Position numbers and translations under genes: made by a program. A stretch of 64,000 nucleotides of DNA from Eledone cirrhosa (Eukaryota): assembly GCA_964016885.1 (NCBI GenBank), contig OZ024753.1, positions 10,850,001 to 10,914,000 on the forward strand. Direction: 5' to 3'. Positions 54,780-64,000 of the stretch are shown here, piece after piece. Positions within the stretch are counted from its first letter, which is position 1; each line of letters starts with the position of its first letter. Under the pieces are notes generated by a model, which was not told the origin of the DNA, did not search any database, and worked only from the letters and a program-made list of their open reading frames with translations.

Positions 54780-54956
54780 CATATACATACACACATACAT
54801 ACATACATACACATATATATATATATATGAGAGAGAGAGTGAGAGAAGTGAGTGAGAGAAAGTAAGTGAGAGTGAGAGAAAGTAAGTAAGTGAGAGTGAG
54901 AGAAAGTGAGTGAGAGAGAGAAAGGAAGGAAGATAGAGAGATAGAGAGAAAGGAAG

Positions 54957-54989
<33 letters not shown>

Positions 54990-55313
54990 AAGGAAGATAG
55001 AGAGAGAGAGAGAAGGGAAGACATATATATAGAGAGAGAGATAGTGAGGTCACACTCCACCCCACCCGATACCCATTCCATCCAATTTCATTATTATTCG
55101 GAGAAGTATGATACCATTACTCATGGTACCCCCCCCCCTCCTTACCCTACTGGAAGTATTCAATAGCCGGTTCAATAGACTATACTTCGATATACGAAAT
55201 TGGTTTTAGTGCTAGTATAAGATAATCGATACTTATCTCGCACGACTGACAATCAATTATTCCATGTATAATCGATACATCCCCCCCCCCCATATATATA
55301 TATATATATATAT

Positions 55314-55497
55314 ATGGAAAATTTGGGATCCCGACGGCTGAGCTCCTGCCGTTTCATCGACTAGATCCGGATCTAGCTGTTGAAGCGGCAGGAGCTTAGC
55401 CGTAGGGGTCCCGAAGTTTTCATATTACCCACTCTACTACCCCAAATATCGAGTACTCTGTTGAGTAATGGTCTAACTTGTTTTTACTGCATCCATC

Positions 55498-55500
<3 letters not shown>
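55314..55500 (+). mobile_element. Diverged family A fold-back cassette
   Basis: gggatcccgacggctgagctcctgccgtttc...ctagatccggatctag...gaagcggcaggagcttagccgtaggggtccc plus tail. Confidence 0.8.
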
Positions 55501-55553
<53 letters not shown>

Positions 55554-55555
<2 letters not shown>

Positions 55556-55742
55556 AATTGTTTCTACTTTTGGCACAAGGCCAGCAATTACCCCAGTGCA
55601 TTACTGGTACTTTATTTTATCGACCCCGTAAGGATGAAAGGCAAAGTTAACCTCGGCGGGATTTGAACTCAGAATGGCAAGGGCGTAACTCTATGCGTCA
55701 AAGCATGGCGTCCGACCCTCTACCGATACTGCCAATCCACTG
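55554..55742 (-). mobile_element. Full-length young SINE
   Basis: Reverse complement of the consensus; tatgataat on both flanks. Confidence 0.92.
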
Positions 55743-55957
55743 GCCATTTATGATAATAATGGAGCTGCGGCGCTGCAAATGGGTTACATATGAAAAAGTT
55801 TGTTTGTCCTCATCAGTGGCCTTCCAACCGTCGTAGGCATTTCGTCGCATTAAAGGCCATATACCTCAGGTTGGTGCGAGCAACGGCTAAAAAAAGTCGT
55901 TGGGACACGTAAATAAAGGGGACGCTAGGGTAAACAAACAAAATATATATATATATA

Positions 55958-56092
55958 AGAATAAAAGTGCTGCGTGGTTGCAAATGGGTTACATATGAAT
56001 AAAGTGGTCCTTCGTCAGTGATCTTCCAACCATCACAGGTATTTCTTCGCTTCCTGTGATGGTTGGAAGATCACTCACGAAGGACCACTTTA

Positions 56093-56099
<7 letters not shown>
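55958..56099. mobile_element. Family D cassette with a fold-back palindrome
   Basis: Arms atatgaataaagtggtccttcgtcagtgatcttccaaccatcacagg / cctgtgatggttggaagatcactcacgaaggaccactttattcatat. Confidence 0.85.
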
Positions 56100-56143
<44 letters not shown>

Positions 56144-56882
56144 CTAGGGGGTGTAAGTTGGAGTTACTGCAGGTTCACCCGGGAGAGCACTCGATGTTTA
56201 GGTTCACTTCTCTGATGAGGTGTAGAGCTATACAGAGTGTAATATATTGAAAAGATAACAAGGACGATTGGTTACTCCTTCATTACATTTATTGGTAGGT
56301 GACGCGCGTTTCACCACTAATCAGCTCAAGGTTCGATCTGTATCGATCCTACCCGACTCAATGATCGGCAACTCGACGGACCCTTTAATATATATATATA
56401 TATATGTAGTGAAAGAGTGAAGAATAACATGGTCAACAGTACAAAACCAGATTGATTTTTTTCAGTTTCAGAAGATCCCGTTAAGGGTAAACATTGCGAT
56501 TCATTCCTTAAACTTTAATCTGTTCTTATAATAAATATTTTCTCTACGGGTTTTTATATATATATAATACTTATCGAGCCATCTTCAGATTTTAGTCTTC
56601 ACATTTATTATTACTATATATGTGTGTATGAGTGAAGGCGTGTGGCTAATTGGTTTGGAGAACTGGATTGGCAATCGTGAGGTTGTCAGTTCCATTCCTG
56701 GACCGGGCGATGCCTTATGTCTTTGAGCAAGACACTTTATTTCACGTTGTTTCTTCTACCTGGAATTGCGATCGATAGATAGTATTAGCAATTGGAAAGA
56801 CCAACGGAAACATTGTTTCTTCAGTCCGATTTGACGACAGTCGATCGACAAATTAGTGTGTGTGTGTGTGTGTGTGTGTGTT

Positions 56883-56925
<43 letters not shown>

Positions 56926-57288
56926 AGATAAGACGTTGAAATTGCTCTTGGAGTCTTTAAGAAGCCTTATATACATTAATTTAACCGGTTTCACAACTTC
57001 ATGACTTTCAAGTTATGTGAAATGGAAGGACGTGGAGCTATGCCGCAATGGCCACCATCATTCCTTATATGAGATGTGGTTGGGTGTTTATATGCAATCG
57101 ATTATATCACAGGCCCTAGTATATGATTGGTATTCGATTTACCAACCCCCCCCCGTCTTTGAGGAAGAAAAACAATGCGATGTTTTAGTAGAATAACAAT
57201 TTAATGTGTAAAGGGACGTAGCTAGATACCACAAAACGTTTTGTTTGGTGCCCCATTTATTTATCCACTCACCAATAACAATAACGTG

Positions 57289-57327
<39 letters not shown>

Positions 57328-57497
57328 GTATGTGTGTGTGTGTGTATATTATATATATATATATACCAACACCGTTCGTACTACACTCTTTGTTATTGTT
57401 TTTGTTTTATATATATATATAAATATAATATATTCACACACTCACACACACATATATATATATATACGTACATACACACACATATATATACGTACAT

Positions 57498-57530
<33 letters not shown>

Positions 57531-57658
57531 CACGTACATACACACATATATATATATATACTTACATACACAAATATATATATATATATATATATACGTA
57601 CATTATACATTGTGACGTTTGCTTTATTTGTTTACTTTTTGCATAAATATACATATAT

Positions 57659-57690
<32 letters not shown>

Positions 57691-57894
57691 TCACACATAT
57701 ATACATGCACACACACATACATACATGCACACACAAATATATATGTACATGCACACACATACACACACACACATATATATAGATGCATACACGCACACAT
57801 ACATACAAACATATATACATACATATCTAAACCCACAATTCTTATCACTGCCTGAGAGGAATAGATTTTATACCGAGGTAGTGGGGGGGGGTAG

Positions 57895-58702
57895 AGATGG
57901 TGGTAGAGGTGGTGGTGGTGGTGGTGGTAGTGGTGGTGGTGGTGGTAGTGGTGGTGGTGGTGGTGGTGGTGGTGGTAGAGATAGTGGTAGTGGTGGTGGT
58001 AGTGGTGGTAGAGATGGTGGTGGTGGTAGTGGTGGTGGTGGTGGTAGTGGTGGTGGTGGTGGTAGTGGTGGTAGAGATGGTGGTGGTGGTAGTGGTAGTG
58101 ATAGTGGTGGTGGTAGTTGTGGTGGTGGTAGTGGTGGTGGTGGTAGTGGTGGTGATGGTGGTAGTGGTGGTGGAGATAGTGGTGGTGATGGATGTGGTGG
58201 TGGTGGTTGTGGTGGTAGAGATGGTGGTGGTGGAAGTGGTAGTGATAGTGGTGGTGGTGGAAGTGGTAGTGATAGTGGTGGTGGTGGTAGTGGTGGTGGA
58301 GATAGTGGTGGTGATGGATGTGGTGGTGGTTGTGGTGGAGGTACTGGTGGTGATGGTAGTGGTGGAGGTAGTGGTGGTGATGGTAGTGGTGGAGGTAGTG
58401 GTGGTGATGGAGATAGTGCTGGTGATGGAGGTGGTGGTGGTGGTGATGGATGTGGTGGTTGTTGCTGTGGTGGTGAGGAGATGTCGAGATTCTAGCGGGA
58501 AATTTATGGATTTCACCACAGAAGCCATGTTTTTAGCTTGGAAAATATTTCAAATTGTTCACATTGTTTTATATTTAATTTCATCATCATTACTACTACT
58601 ACTACTACAGTTACTACAACTACCACCACCACTACTACTGCTACTACTACTACTGCTGCTGCTACTACTACTACTACAGTTACTACAACTACTACCACCA
58701 CC

Positions 58703-58734
<32 letters not shown>

Positions 58735-58900
58735 CATCACTACAACTGCTGCTATTACTGCTGCTGCTACTACTACAGTTACTACAACTACTACCACCAC
58801 CACTACTACTACCACCACTACTACTACTACTACTATTACTTCTACACCTACTACTGTTAATACTACTACTACTACTACTACTATTATTGTTATTATTATC
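57895..58900. repeat. (GGT)n and (CTA)n trinucleotide tracts
   Basis: Direct reading. Confidence 0.95.
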
Positions 58901-58905
58901 ATTAA

Positions 58906-59098
58906 GGCGGTGGATTGACAGTGTCGGTAGAGTGTCGGACGCCATGCTTTGCGGCATAGAGTTACGGCCCTTTACGTTTTGAGTTCAAATCCCGCCGAGG
59001 TTATCTTTGCCTTTCATCCTTACGGGGTCAATAAAATAAAGTACCAGTAATGCACTGGGTATTTGCTGGCCTTGTGCCAAAAGTAGAAACAATTATTA
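58906..59098 (+). mobile_element. Full-length SINE
   Basis: Head to (ATT) tail present. Confidence 0.92.
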
Positions 59099-59139
59099 TG
59101 CTAGTTGTATTTTGTCAAGAAGTTAAGTGTTATGATTTA

Positions 59140-60590
59140 ATTTATGACATGTGTGTTGTAACACTTATGTCATACAAGAGACACTTTAGATATGAGAAAT
59201 ACTAAGATATATATTTAAAATATAAGAAATGTGACATGTGTGTTGAAAGAGATAGTTATATCATAGAAGAGACACTTTAGATATGAAGGATACTAAAACA
59301 CACTTATGTCATAGAAGAGACACTTTAAATACGAGAAATACGAGAAATATTAAAATATACTTGAAAATATAAGAAATGTGACGTGTGTTGTATCACAGAC
59401 ACGCTTATGTTATACACGAGACACTTTAGATATGAGAAATATAAGAATATATATTTGTATATTTAAAATATGAGAAATGTAACATGTGTGTTGTAACACA
59501 GACACACTGATATTATACACGAGACACTTTAGATATGAGAAATATAAGAATATTTATTTGTATGTTTAAAATATAAGAAATGTGACACGTGTGTTGTAAC
59601 ACAGACACGCTTATGTTATACACGAGACACTTTAGATATGAGAAATATAAGAATATATATTTGTATATTTAAAATATGAGAAATGTAACATGTGTGTTGT
59701 AACACAGACACACTTTAGATATGAGAAATATAAGAATATATATTTGTATATTTAAAATATAAGAAATGTAACATGTGTGTTGTAACACAGACACACTGAT
59801 ATTATACACGAAACACTTTAGATATGAGAAATATAAGAATATATATTTGTATATTTAAAATATAAGAAATGTAACATGTGTGTTGTAACACAGACACACA
59901 GATATTATACACGAAACACTTTAGATATGAGAAATATAAGAATATATATTTGTATATTTAAAATATAAGAAATGTGACATGTGTGTTGTAACACAGACAC
60001 ACTGATATTATACACGAGACACTTTAGATATGAGAAATATAAGAATATATATTTGTATATTTAAAATATAAGAAATGTGACACGTGTGTTGTAACACAGA
60101 CACGCCTATGTTATACACGAGACACTTTAGATATGAGAAATATGAGAATATATATTTGTATATTTAAAATATAAGAAATGTGACGTGTAGTTGTATCACA
60201 GACACGCTTATGTTATACACGAGACACTTTAGATACGAGAAATATAAGAATATATATTTGTATATTTAAAATATAAGAAATGTGACGTGTGTTGGAACAC
60301 AGACACGCTTATATTATACACGAGACACTTTAGATATCAGAAATATAAGAATATATATTTGTATATTTAAAATATAAGAAAGGTGACGTATGTGTTGTAA
60401 CACAGACACACAGATATTATACACGAGACACTTTAGATATGAGAAATATAAGAATATATATTTGTATATTTAAAATATAAGAAATGTGACATGTGTATTG
60501 TAACACAGACACACTGATATTATACACGAGACACTTTAGATATGAGAAATATTAAAATATATATTTGTATATTTAAGATACAAGAAATTG
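59140..60590. repeat. ~103-bp AT-rich minisatellite, ~12-14 copies
   Basis: acactttagatatgagaaatataagaat recurs at 59421, 59524 and 59627. Confidence 0.93.
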
Positions 60591-60664
60591 TTGTGTTCAC
60601 TCCACTTGAGATTTACAGGTAATCCTATTATTTCTGTGGCATTTTAAGGATGCTATTGCCATAT

Positions 60665-61882
<1,218 letters not shown>

Positions 61883-61965
61883 ATGTCTGTGTCTGTGGTA
61901 CTGTTAATAATATATATATAGTAATGTTGATAATATATAGTATTGTTGATGTTATATATAGTACT

Positions 61966-62082
61966 TCTGAGTTCAAATCCCGCCGAGGTTAACTTTGCCT
62001 TTCATCCTTACGGGGTCGATAAAATAAAGTACCAGTAATGTACTGGGTAATTGCTGGCCTTGTGCCTAAAGTAGAAACAGTT
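61966..62082 (+). mobile_element. 5'-truncated SINE at the edge of a minisatellite
   Basis: B-box through tail. Confidence 0.9.
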
Positions 62083-62084
62083 AA

Positions 62085-63810
62085 ATATAGTACTGTTGAT
62101 AATATATATAGTACTGTTGATAATATATATAGTGTTGTTGATAATATGTGTAGTAGTATTGACAACAGATATATAGTAGTATTGACAAATATATATAGTA
62201 CTGCTGTTAATATGTGTAGTAGTATTGACAACACTATATAGTAATGTTGACAAATATATATAGTACTGCTGGTAATATGTGTAGTAGTATTGACAACACT
62301 ATATAGTAGTATTGACAACAGATATATAGTACTGCTGTTAATATGTGTAGTAGTATTGACAAATATATATAGTACTGCTGGTAATATGTGTAGTAGTATT
62401 GACAACACTATATAGTAGTATTGACAAATATATATAGCACTGCTGGTAATATGTGTAGTAGTATTGACAACACTATATAGTAGTATTGACAAATATATAT
62501 AGTACTGCTGGTAATATGTGTAGTAGTATTGACAACAGATATATAGTAGTATTGACAAATATATATAGTACTGCTGGTAATATGTGTAGTAGTATTGACA
62601 ACACTATATAGTAGTATTGACAAATATATATATAGCACTGCTGGTAATATGTGTAGTAGTATTGACAACAGATATATAGTAGTATTGACAAATATATATA
62701 GTACTGCTGGTAATATGTGTAGTAGTATTGGCAACACTATATAGTAGTATTGACAACAGATATATAGTAGTATTGACAACACATATATAGTAGTATTGAC
62801 AAATATATATAGTACTGCTGGTAATATGTGTAGTAGTATTGACAACAGATATATAGTAGTATTGACAAATATATATAGCACTGCTGGTAATATGTGTAGT
62901 AGTATTGACAACACTATATAGTAATATTGACAAATATATATAGCACTGCTGGTAATATGTGTAGTAGTATTGACAACAGATATATAGTAGTATTGACAAA
63001 TATATATAGTACTGCTGGTAATATGTGTAGTAGTATTGACAACACTATATAGTAGTATTGACAAATATATATAGTAGTATTGACAAATATATATAGCACT
63101 GCTGGTAATATGTGTAGTAGTATTGGCAACACTATATAGTAGTATTGACAACAGATATATAGTAGTATTGACAACACATATATAGTAGTATTGACAAATA
63201 TATATAGTACTGCTGATAATATGTGTAGTAGTATTGACAACACTATATAGTAGTATTGACAAATATATATAGTACTGCTGGTAATATGTGTAGTAGTATT
63301 GACAACAGATATATAGTAGTATTGACAAATATATATAGTACTGCTGTTAATATGTGTAGTAGTATTGACAACACTATATAGTAGTATTGACAAATATATA
63401 TAGTACTGCTGGTAATATGTGTAGTAGTATTGACAACACTATATAGTAGTATTGACAAATATATATAGCACTGCTGTTAATATGTGTAGTAGTATTGACA
63501 ACACTATATAGTAGTATCGACAAATATATATAGCACTGCTGGTAATATGTGTAGTAGTATTGACAACACTATATAGTAGTATTGACAAATATATATATAG
63601 CACTGCTGTTAATATGTGTAGTAGTATTGACAACACTATATAGTAGTATTGACAAATATATATATAGCACTGCTGTTAATATGTGTAGTAGTATTGACAA
63701 CACTATATAGTAGTATTGACAAATATATATATAGCACTGCTGTTAATATGTGTAGTAGTATTGACAACAGATATATAGTAGTATTGACAAATATATAGTA
63801 ATGTTGATGT
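62085..63810. repeat. ~65-bp minisatellite built from ~21-bp subunits
   Basis: Unit ctgctggtaatatgtgtagtagtattgacaacactatatagtagtattgacaaatatatatagta. Confidence 0.95.
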
Positions 63811-64000
63811 TATGCAATAAATGGTTTTATACAGGATTGTGTTGATGGGAAATCGGGAAATCGCGATACTGCACGTTGATCAAATGGTCAAAATGTTTAT
63901 TATATCATTGATATATATATATATATAATAAACTTTAATAAATAAATATATATATATATATATATATAATAATACATAATCGGAGAAAGCTAATAGCGAT

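Noticed and set aside
56211-56240. CTGATGA followed by a short hairpin
   Set aside because: No GAAA after the stem, so a hammerhead cannot be supported.
57725-58982. Gly-rich, Thr-rich and Val-rich ORFs (also 38270-39214 mucin-like, 40425-41330 poly-Ser)
   Set aside because: Translations of GGT, TAG and CTA triplet repeats; no splice or domain support.

Overview
AT-rich, extremely microsatellite-dense animal DNA. It is most likely octopus (cephalopod), judged from the abundant tRNA-derived SINE with the ...GAGTTCAAATCCCGCCGAGGTTAACTTTGCCTTTCATCC... body and the vast (TA)/(CA)/(TAG)/(GA) tracts. No host protein-coding gene can be supported, and nearly all long ORFs in the track are translations of simple repeats. 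The window holds about 30 SINE copies, fragments of RTE, Tx1/L1 and CRE (RLE-endonuclease) LINEs, several MITEs (hAT, piggyBac, Tc1/mariner-like), many minisatellites and a 1.1-kb tandem duplication. The main signal is absent from the ORF track: about 20 hammerhead-ribozyme cores from at least 7 sequence families sit in short cassettes between (TA)n tracts. They look like Penelope-type pLTR or retrozyme-like elements. Many cassettes are fold-back palindromes whose apex maps to the ribozyme's stem II or to a nearby hairpin, and some carry a compensatory U3-A8 catalytic core. Ribozyme activity and the Penelope assignment are inferences from sequence and structure read by eye, not tested.
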